A stretch of 45,430 nt of DNA from Dissulfurispiraceae bacterium. GTDB lineage: Bacteria; Nitrospirota; Thermodesulfovibrionia; Thermodesulfovibrionales; Dissulfurispiraceae. Where the stretch lies: NCBI GenBank assembly GCA_050011415.1, contig JBEKJD010000001.1, forward strand, positions 1-45,430, read 5' to 3'. Every line of letters starts with the position of its first letter. Within the stretch, counting starts at the first letter, position 1. The translations under genes were made by a program, and so were the position numbers. Below are positions 16,498 through 24,890 of this stretch, in pieces. The notes beneath the pieces are model-generated. The model saw only the letters and a list, made by a program, of their open reading frames with translations, was not told where the DNA came from and did not search any database.

Positions 16498-17765
16498 TGG
16501 CCGGCCTCCTTCACCGGTAATATCTCGACCAGCTTCAGGAAAGCCAGCACGAGGAACGCCATCACCCCGGCAGTGATCAGAAGTTCAACAATGGAGGGGA
16601 AATAGCTGTAGTACGAAGAAAAGACATTCTGCGGATTACCCAGGGTCCCTTTTATCTGGCCGACAGCTATCGGATAGCTCCACTCCACGGTCTCGCTGAG
16701 GAAGACAACGGGCACCTTCAGCGGCATGTTGTTATAAGCCGGCGGCAAGAGAAGTAAGCGGTGTGCGAACACGCCTATGATCACGGACAGGCTTCCCTGT
16801 ATCAATCTCTTTTTGTCCATCGGATATTTGACGAAGAGATAGACCGACAAGAGGATAAAGACAATCTCAACAGCGTGGAGCAGTGGATACCTGGTGAAAA
16901 CAAGCTTAAGGGCCTCGAAATCCTTACCAGTGTTCCACCAGAAACGTATCACAAAATCGTTGCCGTAGATGAAGAGCATGATGAGGGCAGCGACAGACGA
17001 AACCTTGGCGAGGAGAGCATAGGTGGCCTTAAGCTTCTCGCTGTAGCCGAAGACAAAGAGGGACGCGAGGATTACAACGGCAGGGCCCGTAGCAAGGGCA
17101 GCTGCAATAAAGGTAGGCGCGAGCGTGCCCCCGTACCACCACGGCCTGGCCATTTGCGTGGCGAGGACCCATGCAGTTACGGTATGAATAAGAATGGCGA
17201 GGGGCAGCGCAATGGGAGCCAGGAGCTTAGCCCTTTTGCCGGAATCTTCCCTGAGCTTCGCCATCTCATCAGGCGTCACCTCTTTTTTCCCCACGATGCC
17301 GTAAAACGGCAGTTTAACGCCGTTGGCAACGATGTCCGGGTACATGAGGGTGTACGTGTACAGAGCAGAAACGACCGCATACGCGGAAAGCACCAGAAAG
17401 TCCCACGGCAGCATGGATTTGAAATTCGGATGGAGGACCATGTTGTAAAGCCTGTCAGGCCTGCCGATATCAGGCAGAAGGATGCCCATCGCTCCCATTG
17501 CAAAAAGAAAAGCTGTAAGGGCCGCAACCCTGGCGATCGGCTTCAACTGTTTGGCATCGAAGATATAGATAGCGGAGGAGACGACAAGTCCTCCGGCAGC
17601 CGTGCCCACAAAAAATGCCCACGTGGCCACATACAATCCCCATGAAAAGGGGTTCCTCATATTCGTAGCTATCAGGCCGCTGTAGAGCTGGTACATCCAG
17701 GCGATAAGCCCCAATACCGCTACCGCGGTTAGACCCTTAAGTATATTATTATAGTTTTTTCCCAT
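16494..17765 (-). CDS. NrfD/PsrC-family polytopic membrane subunit (quinone-interacting anchor)
   Basis: 423 aa with about 10 hydrophobic segments. The NrfD-like start is LYSGLIATNMRNPFSWGLYVATWAFFVGTAAGG. Overlaps the FeS gene by 17 nt. Confidence 0.8.
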   Translation of the reverse strand: MGKNYNNILKGLTAVAVLGLIAWMYQLYSGLIATNMRNPFSWGLYVATWAFFVGTAAGGLVVSSAIYIFDAKQLKPIARVAALTAFLFAMGAMGILLPDIGRPDRLYNMVLHPNFKSMLPWDFLVLSAYAVVSALYTYTLMYPDIVANGVKLPFYGIVGKKEVTPDEMAKLREDSGKRAKLLAPIALPLAILIHTVTAWVLATQMARPWWYGGTLAPTFIAAALATGPAVVILASLFVFGYSEKLKATYALLAKVSSVAALIMLFIYGNDFVIRFWWNTGKDFEALKLVFTRYPLLHAVEIVFILLSVYLFVKYPMDKKRLIQGSLSVIIGVFAHRLLLLPPAYNNMPLKVPVVFLSETVEWSYPIAVGQIKGTLGNPQNVFSSYYSYFPSIVELLITAGVMAFLVLAFLKLVEILPVKEAGQ

Positions 17766-18498
17766 AGTTTATACCTCCCTTTCCTTCTTTCCTCGCGGGC
17801 GGAATGTAGAAAACCTTTGGATCGGTCCCCAGATCAGCCATCAGCTTGAACACATCCCGTGCGCGAATAATCTTCGAGACCTCGCTGTTGGGATCGTTCA
17901 GGTCTCCGAAAGTCCTGGCATTCCCCGGACAGCCGCGTACACAGGCGGGAAAAAGTCCCTGGTCAATATACTGAACACAGAAAGTACATTTTTCGACTAC
18001 GCCTTTAGGCCTCTTCGGGGCAAAGACGAGCCTGCCGTCCTTTGTCCTATGTTCAAGAGGATAGCCGTAGCGGTAGTCCTTTACCTTGAACCAATCCTCT
18101 TCAAAACCCGCATTCCTGAATCCCTCTCTGAAGCTGTCGTCCGCATCCTGCCAGTTGAACTGACGCACGCCATAAGGACAGGCTGTCATACAGTAGCGGC
18201 AGCCGATGCAGCGTTCGTAATCGACAAGCACGATACCGTCTTCTCTCTGCCAGGTGGCCCCTACAGGGCAGACCTTGACGCAGGGCGCCTTTTCGCAGTG
18301 CTGGCACGGGACGGGAAGATAGACCTCCGACAACTCCGGATATTCACCGGCTGGGATCATATGTTCCTTTGACCCCGTTGTCTCGACCCTTTGCCACCAT
18401 GTTCCGGGCGGAAGCGAATTATGTATCTTGCAGACAACAGCGCAACTTCTGCAGCCGATACAGCGGTTGAGATCAATGACCATTCCTAATTTACGCAT
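17749..18498 (-). CDS. four-cluster [4Fe-4S] electron-transfer subunit (PsrB/NrfC/DmsB type)
   Basis: Four ferredoxin motifs: CIGCRSCAVVC, CQHCEKAPCVKVCP, CIGCRYCMTACP and CTFCVQYIDQGLFPACVRGCP. Only 249 aa. Overlaps the catalytic subunit gene by 8 nt. Confidence 0.93.
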   Translation of the reverse strand: MRKLGMVIDLNRCIGCRSCAVVCKIHNSLPPGTWWQRVETTGSKEHMIPAGEYPELSEVYLPVPCQHCEKAPCVKVCPVGATWQREDGIVLVDYERCIGCRYCMTACPYGVRQFNWQDADDSFREGFRNAGFEEDWFKVKDYRYGYPLEHRTKDGRLVFAPKRPKGVVEKCTFCVQYIDQGLFPACVRGCPGNARTFGDLNDPNSEVSKIIRARDVFKLMADLGTDPKVFYIPPARKEGKGGINYGKKL

Positions 18499-21199
18499 TC
18501 TCCACCCCCTCAGCCTTTTTCACATCGCACACGCACTCGTTCCAGGCAGTTGTGGGCTCCCAAATCCCCGGGGTGAAATAGATGAGATGCGCCGCTTTGA
18601 TCCATGGATACGTCAGCGAATTGTATGATGTCCCCTTCAGGTACTTGCTCCACCAGCCCTCTTCAAAAACTGCCACACGGTAATGGAGACCGGGGTCGAG
18701 GACAGCATACGCGTAGACCTTGCCCCTCGCATTGAATGCCTCGACAAGATCACCCTCTTTAATGTTCCGTTCAACAGCCGCCTTCGTATTGATAAATACC
18801 TTAGGTTTGAAATCCTGAAGTTCAAGAAGACTGATATTATTACTGTGCGTGGAATGCACCCGGTAAAGAGAGTTCCTGGTGATCAGGGCAAACTTGTATT
18901 TGTCCTTTGCCCCTGCAGCCTTGTGCTCGGTATCGATGAAAGGGTCTTTATGCACAGGCAATGTCTCGCCCGTATCTATGAAGACATCCTCATCTTTGTA
19001 GTACTCTATTCTTCCGCTCTTCACAAAACGCGCTGTCTTGGGCAACGGCACAGGATAGGATACGGGCGGGAACGGTTTCATGCTCTGGATCTGCTCATAG
19101 AACATGAACTGACGTTTGTTGGGAGTGGGCAGGTTCATCCTCACCGGCCCCTGTTTGAGCATATCAACGGTAATATCCTGCACCTGCGGTCCGCCCGTCT
19201 TCAGCATCAGCGCTGCCGCGTCGAGGCTCGCCTGCTGTGCGATCTCCCTCGCAAGCTTGAGTGTCCATGTGCCGTTTTTCCTCGCATCCTCTTCTTTCCT
19301 GAACAAGTCGGGATTACTATAGAAATCCGCAATGCTGTCCTGCATTTCCTTGTTGCCTGTCTTTATTGCCAGCCTCTTTGCGATCTCCTTAAAAATCCAT
19401 ATCTCAGGCATGCACTGGAAGAGGGGCTCGATCGCAGGCTGCTGCAACTGGACGTACGGATGGGCGACGGTGGCGGTGAGTTCGTATTTCTCATACCATG
19501 CCACACCAGGCAGCACAACGTCCGACCAGAGGCAGGAAGTGCTCATCTGAAAGTCTGTCGTGACAATCAGCTCCATTTCGCCTTTTGCCGCTTTCTCCCT
19601 CATCCTGTCTGCCATGTTGTGCTGATCAAAGGGATTGCCCCAGCCGTAGATAAAGGCCTTGACCCCATTCCCGGGATGGGGGATTTCAGTGTTGTATTTT
19701 TTAAATTCCTCGCTGTTCCGGTACTCGTCATTCATCCAGAGGAGGTAGTTGAGCCATTTGTTCTTCTTGTCCTTAAAGCCCCACCATGCTCCCAGCGGCC
19801 AGCGGACACGATACTGACCTGCATAGGTAGAGATACCGGCGCCGGGTTTTCCCAGATTGCCGGTAAGGGTAACAATAAGAGAGAGCGCCCTTCCCTTGAG
19901 GTCACCGTGGTACCACTGGTAATTACTCGCCCCGTAAACGATATGAAGCGGCTTCGCAACGGCCATTTCCCTGCCGAGCCTGATAATCATTTCAGTATAC
20001 TCGCCGACCCTCGATTCCTCCGGCGCTATCATGCGCGCCGCTTTTTCAGGAGTGTAATCCTTATTAATGAGTTCCGTAAGAAGCTGGAAGACCGGCTTCA
20101 CCTTCACCTTCGTGCCGTCGGCAAGAGCAACATCGAACTCGCCTTCAAGAGCAGGATCGAATTCCCTCTTAAGGTTTTCAGGGTCGGGGATAGCAAAACT
20201 TTTCGTCTTGTTATTGTAGACCACAAAGAGGTCGCGGTATTCCGGTATCCTGGCTTTCATCCCGGCTGCGGAGCCTGCAAGAGACCTCACCTCGGAAGCC
20301 CGGAGTTTTTTATTGTTGTCCATGCGCACCAGAAGAGGCATGTCGGTGAATGTTTTGATGAATTCTTCGTCGTAAAGCTTCTCATTGAGAATAACGTTTA
20401 CTATACCAAGGGCAAAAGCTGCATCAGAAGATGAATTGATCTGAACCCATTCATCAGCCTTGGCAGCGGTGGGGCTATAATTGGGATCGACGACAACGAG
20501 CTTGCCTCCCTTTTCCCTGCTTATATTCAGGAACTTGGCATCCGGCACTCGTGTAACCATGACATTGGAGCCAAGAACTACGGTATATTTCGAATTGGTC
20601 CATTCAAGCGATTCGAGTTCTTCGGTCTGCACACCAAAGGTCATCGGCCAGAAAGCAGGCAAGTCCCCGTTCATTGTATATGCATGGATCATGCTCCAGT
20701 CATACATCGAAGCAAGACGCATCAGCGCTCCCTTGTGCACGTACCCTGTTCCGGGGACCTGAATGTTGCCTGCAACAGACTCGGGGCCGTATTTCTTCAT
20801 GATATCCGCAAGCTTGTCCCCGACATAATCGAGGGCCTCGTCCCAGCTGACCGCCCGGAATTTACCCTCTCCCCTCTTGCCGACCCTGATGAGAGGCTGC
20901 TTGAGCCGGTCCGGCCCGTAAATCAGGTTGAGCATCGACTGTCCCTTCAGGCATCCCCTGGGATTGTATTCTTTTTCAGGATAATCGGCAGCCTGCACAA
21001 GAGAGGCAATCCTGCCTTTGTAGACCATGGCATTGAAACCGCATGCGCCGGTGCAATTAGGCGAGCAGGTAGACCTCACATACTTCAGCAGCGAAATATC
21101 ATCCTCCGCCGAATGAGCGAGTTGGAAATAACGGGAACCGGCCACCGCTGCAGTGGCGACAGCGCAAATCTTCATAAAGTCTCTTCGCGTAATATCCAT
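18491..21199 (-). CDS. Tat-exported molybdopterin (bis-MGD) oxidoreductase catalytic subunit with NarG-type FS0 spacing and Asp-ligand segment
   Basis: Twin-arginine signal MDITRRDFMKICAVATAAVAGS. FS0 motif STCSPNCTGACGF (C-x3-C-x3-C). MNGDLPAFWPMTFGVQTEELESLEW...GSNVMVTRVPDAKF aligns by eye with E. coli NarG CDLPPASPQTWGEQTD...GSNVPQTRTPDAHF. Length is 902 aa. SD AGGAGG. Confidence 0.9.
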   Translation of the reverse strand: MDITRRDFMKICAVATAAVAGSRYFQLAHSAEDDISLLKYVRSTCSPNCTGACGFNAMVYKGRIASLVQAADYPEKEYNPRGCLKGQSMLNLIYGPDRLKQPLIRVGKRGEGKFRAVSWDEALDYVGDKLADIMKKYGPESVAGNIQVPGTGYVHKGALMRLASMYDWSMIHAYTMNGDLPAFWPMTFGVQTEELESLEWTNSKYTVVLGSNVMVTRVPDAKFLNISREKGGKLVVVDPNYSPTAAKADEWVQINSSSDAAFALGIVNVILNEKLYDEEFIKTFTDMPLLVRMDNNKKLRASEVRSLAGSAAGMKARIPEYRDLFVVYNNKTKSFAIPDPENLKREFDPALEGEFDVALADGTKVKVKPVFQLLTELINKDYTPEKAARMIAPEESRVGEYTEMIIRLGREMAVAKPLHIVYGASNYQWYHGDLKGRALSLIVTLTGNLGKPGAGISTYAGQYRVRWPLGAWWGFKDKKNKWLNYLLWMNDEYRNSEEFKKYNTEIPHPGNGVKAFIYGWGNPFDQHNMADRMREKAAKGEMELIVTTDFQMSTSCLWSDVVLPGVAWYEKYELTATVAHPYVQLQQPAIEPLFQCMPEIWIFKEIAKRLAIKTGNKEMQDSIADFYSNPDLFRKEEDARKNGTWTLKLAREIAQQASLDAAALMLKTGGPQVQDITVDMLKQGPVRMNLPTPNKRQFMFYEQIQSMKPFPPVSYPVPLPKTARFVKSGRIEYYKDEDVFIDTGETLPVHKDPFIDTEHKAAGAKDKYKFALITRNSLYRVHSTHSNNISLLELQDFKPKVFINTKAAVERNIKEGDLVEAFNARGKVYAYAVLDPGLHYRVAVFEEGWWSKYLKGTSYNSLTYPWIKAAHLIYFTPGIWEPTTAWNECVCDVKKAEGVENA

Positions 21200-21243
21200 A
21201 AACTACCTCCTGTCCATTGGTTGCAACGCCTGTTTTCTCTATC

Positions 21244-22590
21244 CTATTTTGCGTTTGCTCCGCCGTATCTCTCGTCATAAAACTTTTTTATCTTCTCGAG
21301 CTGTTCCTTGCTCATCCCTTTGAGATACCATTCGTGCCGCACATCCGGCTCCAGATACTTCTTCATGAGTTCGTTGTATAGCTCAGGGCCGGCCACGTTT
21401 TTTACCTCGGGCAGGAATTCCGAGTAGAAGTTTTTTGCAACATCATAGATACCGTGCCACCACGCATAATCAGGACCGGACATGGCTGCACCGTGGCGTG
21501 CGCGTCTTCCCTCGTGATGCCAAAGCTCAAAGTAAATCCAGTCAAGCTTGCTGTCAAAATCCGATTTGGATATTTTGCCCTTCGCCTTGAGTTCGTTTCT
21601 TATATTGGTTGCGGGGACCGCAAATTTTTCGTCATAGAAATTCACGAGGTTGTCGAACTGATTATAGAAACCCTCCACATATGGGGCCGAATGGCAGCTG
21701 TAGCATACATCTTTCATGTTCTGGCGGCGTTTATCTGCATTTTCGAGTTTCTTCGATATCGGCGGTCTGAGCGTCCAGCTGATTCTCGCCCCTACATCAT
21801 GGGTTACAGGCAGGTTCGGCGTTGCGCCCATGTGGCAGGTCGCGCATGTCGGGGCAGCGGTGTAGTCTTTTCCTACGACCCAGGAATCCTTGTGCATATT
21901 CATCCGTTTTTTGTTAGCTTCATAGAGAATGCCGTGCTTCGATTCCTGATATATCTCCATCTGCGGATGGTCCGGACCGAGATGGCATTTGCCGCAGGTC
22001 TGGGGTTCCCTCGCCTGGGCCTTTGAAAAGTTATGCCTTGTATGGCAGGCTGAACAGGAACCTTTTGAACCGTCCGGGTTGATACGTCCGATGCCGGTGT
22101 TGGGCCAACTGTCAGTATCGAGTTTTCCGTTAGCCAGCACCTTTACTTTTCCCCCGTGACACTGCAGGCAGCCGACTGCAACCGCCTCCCGCCCGCCAAC
22201 TACCTCACCAAGGTAATTGTCCAGTGAATTAAGGATATCTCCAGCCATGGCATGGTGGCTTGTTGTCATCTCCCGGACTTCATTAGGATGGCACTTTGAA
22301 CAACGCTTGGGTGTGACAAGCACTGCTATAGTAAAGCCGTTATGGTCCATTGCATCGGGGTCTGATTTCTCAGCCTTGTGACAACTATAGCAGTCAACCT
22401 GCTTTCCAGCATGCCTGCTTATTTCCCATTCCTTCACCAATGACGGTGATTGCGCATTGTGACATCCTATGCATGCCTGACCTTCATTGGAAACTTTGAT
22501 TTTAGCTGCTTCTCCTGTCCCCTCGCCCGCAACGATCATCATACAAAAAAGTATAAGGGCCGTTGTCCATAAGAATGTTTTCCGCTTCAT
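21244..22590 (-). CDS. exported octaheme cytochrome c, hydroxylamine oxidoreductase (HAO/epsilon-Hao-like) family
   Basis: Signal peptide MKRKTFLWTTALILFCMMIVAG. There are exactly eight CxxCH motifs (CIGCH, CYSCH, CSKCH, CLQCH, CSACH, CGKCH, CATCH, CYSCH). The HAO-like segments are LGPDHPQMEIYQESKHG and WHHEGRRARHGAAMSGPDYAWWHG. SD AAGGAGG. Confidence 0.88.
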   Translation of the reverse strand: MKRKTFLWTTALILFCMMIVAGEGTGEAAKIKVSNEGQACIGCHNAQSPSLVKEWEISRHAGKQVDCYSCHKAEKSDPDAMDHNGFTIAVLVTPKRCSKCHPNEVREMTTSHHAMAGDILNSLDNYLGEVVGGREAVAVGCLQCHGGKVKVLANGKLDTDSWPNTGIGRINPDGSKGSCSACHTRHNFSKAQAREPQTCGKCHLGPDHPQMEIYQESKHGILYEANKKRMNMHKDSWVVGKDYTAAPTCATCHMGATPNLPVTHDVGARISWTLRPPISKKLENADKRRQNMKDVCYSCHSAPYVEGFYNQFDNLVNFYDEKFAVPATNIRNELKAKGKISKSDFDSKLDWIYFELWHHEGRRARHGAAMSGPDYAWWHGIYDVAKNFYSEFLPEVKNVAGPELYNELMKKYLEPDVRHEWYLKGMSKEQLEKIKKFYDERYGGANAK

Positions 22591-22814
22591 AAAGCCTCCT
22601 TTTCTAACGATATTTGTCGAATTTTGAGTCTATATTTCATGCGCCCCGTTCAAAGGGAAAATTGTCAAATATTGGCATATCCTACAAAATTGTATCCCTG
22701 AAATAGATAAATGTATAGTAAATATCAGCCGTTTATTCTGTTCACAGGTTATGACTTCCCGGCTAGGCACAACGTTTTCATTGTCATATCATAAGAGTTG
22801 TCGCTAAATTTGAG

Positions 22815-22830
22815 TATGATTTGTATCATA
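22815..22830. promoter_or_regulatory. 16-bp dyad TATGATTTGTATCATA, copy 4, upstream of the octaheme/molybdoenzyme operon
   Basis: Perfect TATGAT-N4-ATCATA. In the operon direction it is followed by 21 nt and then TATGAT (22793-22788). This implies a 5' UTR of about 190 nt. Confidence 0.6.
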
Positions 22831-22973
22831 TTTTTATCAAAAAATGAGTATTTAAATAATTTGTCCGTATGGCATGCTTCATGGCGCGAAATTTCTGCGG
22901 CACTTTAAAAATGAATTATACGCTTGAAGAAATTGCGAGGAGGCTGAAAGTGGGAACGCCTGGGTGACTTCTG

Positions 22974-24848
22974 TTATAGCTTCCCCTTGATCTCGGCAAT
23001 ATACCGTGAGGGAAGCATTGGGTATGTTCTCCCGAACTTCATTCTGTAAGCAGCGGACGAAAGGTAGAGTCTCTCCTTGGCCCTGGTACATGCAACATAG
23101 AAAAGCCGTCTTTCTTCTTCCAGCGCAGCACCGCTGCCGCTCATCGCAGACCTTTCGGACGGGAAAATTCCTTCTTCAAGGGCCGGCAAAAAAACAACTG
23201 ACCACTCAAGCCCTTTTGCGGCATGTACAGTCATTATCTTAACGCTTTCTTCCTGGCTGATACCGTCCTGTTCCGATGACAGAAGACTGTCTTCCATAAA
23301 TTCCGAAAAGGGTCTGCCCTCTGTTTCAACAGACAGCAACACGTTGGAAAGTTCTGAGACATTTTCAATGCGCTCCTCGTAGTCTTCCTTATATTGCACT
23401 TTCAGGTATTCGAGGTAGTTAATTTCCCGGATTATACTCATGAGGACTGTGTATGGTTTTTCTTCCACCGAAGCCCCGTGCTTCGATAGCAAGTCTAAGA
23501 GCGCGTCGGCATTGCACCTTTGTTTGCGCGAAAGTTTTGCGTCTTTTAAAGCCTGCGCCCAGTCGGTATTGAAGTTGTCAGTGATGACTCCGAAGGCCTT
23601 TTTCCCGATTCCCCTCGAAGGCGTGTTGACGACCCGGTCAAAGGCTGCGCCGTCCCGGTTGTTGGCCATAAGCCTGAGGTAGCATAGAAGGTCCTTTACT
23701 TCAGCCCTGTCGTAAAAAGCCAGGCCCCTGGCGATTTCGTAAGGGATGCCGTATTGCATGAAGCTGCTTTCCAGTCCCCTGGAGAGGAAACTCATCCGGA
23801 TAAGGACTGCCATCTCCGAATAGGAATATGATGCGGAGAGTTCCCTGATCTTTTCGGCTATGCCCCGGTTTTCCGCGTTATTGTCCGCCACCTTGCCGTA
23901 CTTCACCTCTCCATCCTGGTCCTTGTCCGTGTATAGCGTAAGTACCTTGTCAGACCAAATGCTGTCTACTCCGCTGATGATAATGTTCGCGACATCAAGA
24001 ATTTTTCTGGTAGAACGGTAATTTTTTTCGAGCCTCATCTCAACGGCGTTGAAATCCCGTCCAAATTTCAGGACGTTTTCCGGGACAGCCCCACGCCAGG
24101 TGTAGATCGTCTGGAATGGGTCGGCCACAACAAAGATGTTATTTTTGTTCCTGTCCGAAAGAAGTTTTGTCAGGGAATATTGTATGTCGTTAGTGTCCTG
24201 GAATTCATCGACCATGAGAAAGTCATAACGGTCCTGCCATTTTTTCAATATCTCAGGCTGGTTCAGGAAGAGGTGGGTGGTGTAATAAATAAGGTCGTCG
24301 TAGTCCAGGGCGTTTGACCGCTCCAGTTCCATCTGGTAAGCCCTTGCCACTTCAGCATACTTGTTCCTGGGAAACGGCAGGGAGGCTATGTATTCAACAA
24401 TGTTTCCCCTGTATGCCTGTTTTGCCTTTGTAACAGACTTCTGTGCATCATCTGCTTCCTTGGGATCAAGATTGAATTTTTTCAGGATATCCTTCAGCGT
24501 TTTCTTGCTGTCTGTCTGGTCGTAAATGACAAACTTCTTGTCGAAGTTCCTTCCGAGGGCGGCTATATCTTCCCGGAGGACCCTGACACAGAACGCGTGG
24601 AACGTGCTTACGGACCGGGGCTTGATTGCGAGCATCCTTTCAACCCGGTTGGACATTTCCTGGGCAGCTTTTTTCGTGAAAGTGATGGCGAGAATCCGGT
24701 TGGGTTTGAAACCCTTCTCCCTGATGAGATAGCCTATTTTGTGCGTCAGCACCTTGGTCTTGCCGCTGCCTGCGCCGGCCAAAAGCAACAGTGGCGAGCC
24801 GAAGTGCTCAACAGCAGCTTTTTGTTGCCGGTTCAGCCCTTGCAGCAT
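22974..24848 (-). CDS. UvrD/PcrA/Rep-family ATP-dependent DNA helicase (short, 624 aa)
   Basis: Motif I LLLAGAGSGKTKVLTHKI, motif Ia ILAITFTKKAAQEM, motif II DFLMVDEFQDTN, motif V/VI MTVHAAKGLEW and LFYVACTRAKERLYLS. Confidence 0.92.
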   Translation of the reverse strand: MLQGLNRQQKAAVEHFGSPLLLLAGAGSGKTKVLTHKIGYLIREKGFKPNRILAITFTKKAAQEMSNRVERMLAIKPRSVSTFHAFCVRVLREDIAALGRNFDKKFVIYDQTDSKKTLKDILKKFNLDPKEADDAQKSVTKAKQAYRGNIVEYIASLPFPRNKYAEVARAYQMELERSNALDYDDLIYYTTHLFLNQPEILKKWQDRYDFLMVDEFQDTNDIQYSLTKLLSDRNKNNIFVVADPFQTIYTWRGAVPENVLKFGRDFNAVEMRLEKNYRSTRKILDVANIIISGVDSIWSDKVLTLYTDKDQDGEVKYGKVADNNAENRGIAEKIRELSASYSYSEMAVLIRMSFLSRGLESSFMQYGIPYEIARGLAFYDRAEVKDLLCYLRLMANNRDGAAFDRVVNTPSRGIGKKAFGVITDNFNTDWAQALKDAKLSRKQRCNADALLDLLSKHGASVEEKPYTVLMSIIREINYLEYLKVQYKEDYEERIENVSELSNVLLSVETEGRPFSEFMEDSLLSSEQDGISQEESVKIMTVHAAKGLEWSVVFLPALEEGIFPSERSAMSGSGAALEEERRLFYVACTRAKERLYLSSAAYRMKFGRTYPMLPSRYIAEIKGKL

Positions 24849-24890
24849 TTATTAAAGGATGTAATACATATCCGACCGTCCGAAATCATA

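Noticed and set aside
16761-17645. 294-aa plus-strand ORF. Similar antisense ORFs occur at 20684-21280, 21454-22026, 28994-29965, 5084-5758, 25659-26307 and 11494-12003.
   Set aside because: All are antisense to confidently identified genes, have low-complexity or charge-biased translations, and lack start signals. They are shadow ORFs.
18683-20434. 583-aa plus-strand ORF, the longest unexplained ORF in the track.
   Set aside because: It lies entirely antisense to the molybdoenzyme gene, whose translation has clear family motifs. The plus-strand product is Arg/Leu/Phe-rich with no motif, RBS or promoter. It is a shadow ORF.
22765-22780. Sigma-54-like AGGCAC-N5-TTTCA on the plus strand.
   Set aside because: The critical GC of the -12 element is TC. 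It points toward the 3' end of the convergent helicase gene, with nothing to transcribe. The same bases are better explained as part of the octaheme operon leader.
22870-22967. 32-codon plus-strand ORF MACFMARNFCGTLKMNYTLEEIARRLKVGTPG*, whose second half looks like the start of an HTH (LEEIARRL).
   Set aside because: It is too short to be a DNA-binding domain, has no SD, and ends just before the helicase stop. At best it is a remnant. I cannot support it as a gene.
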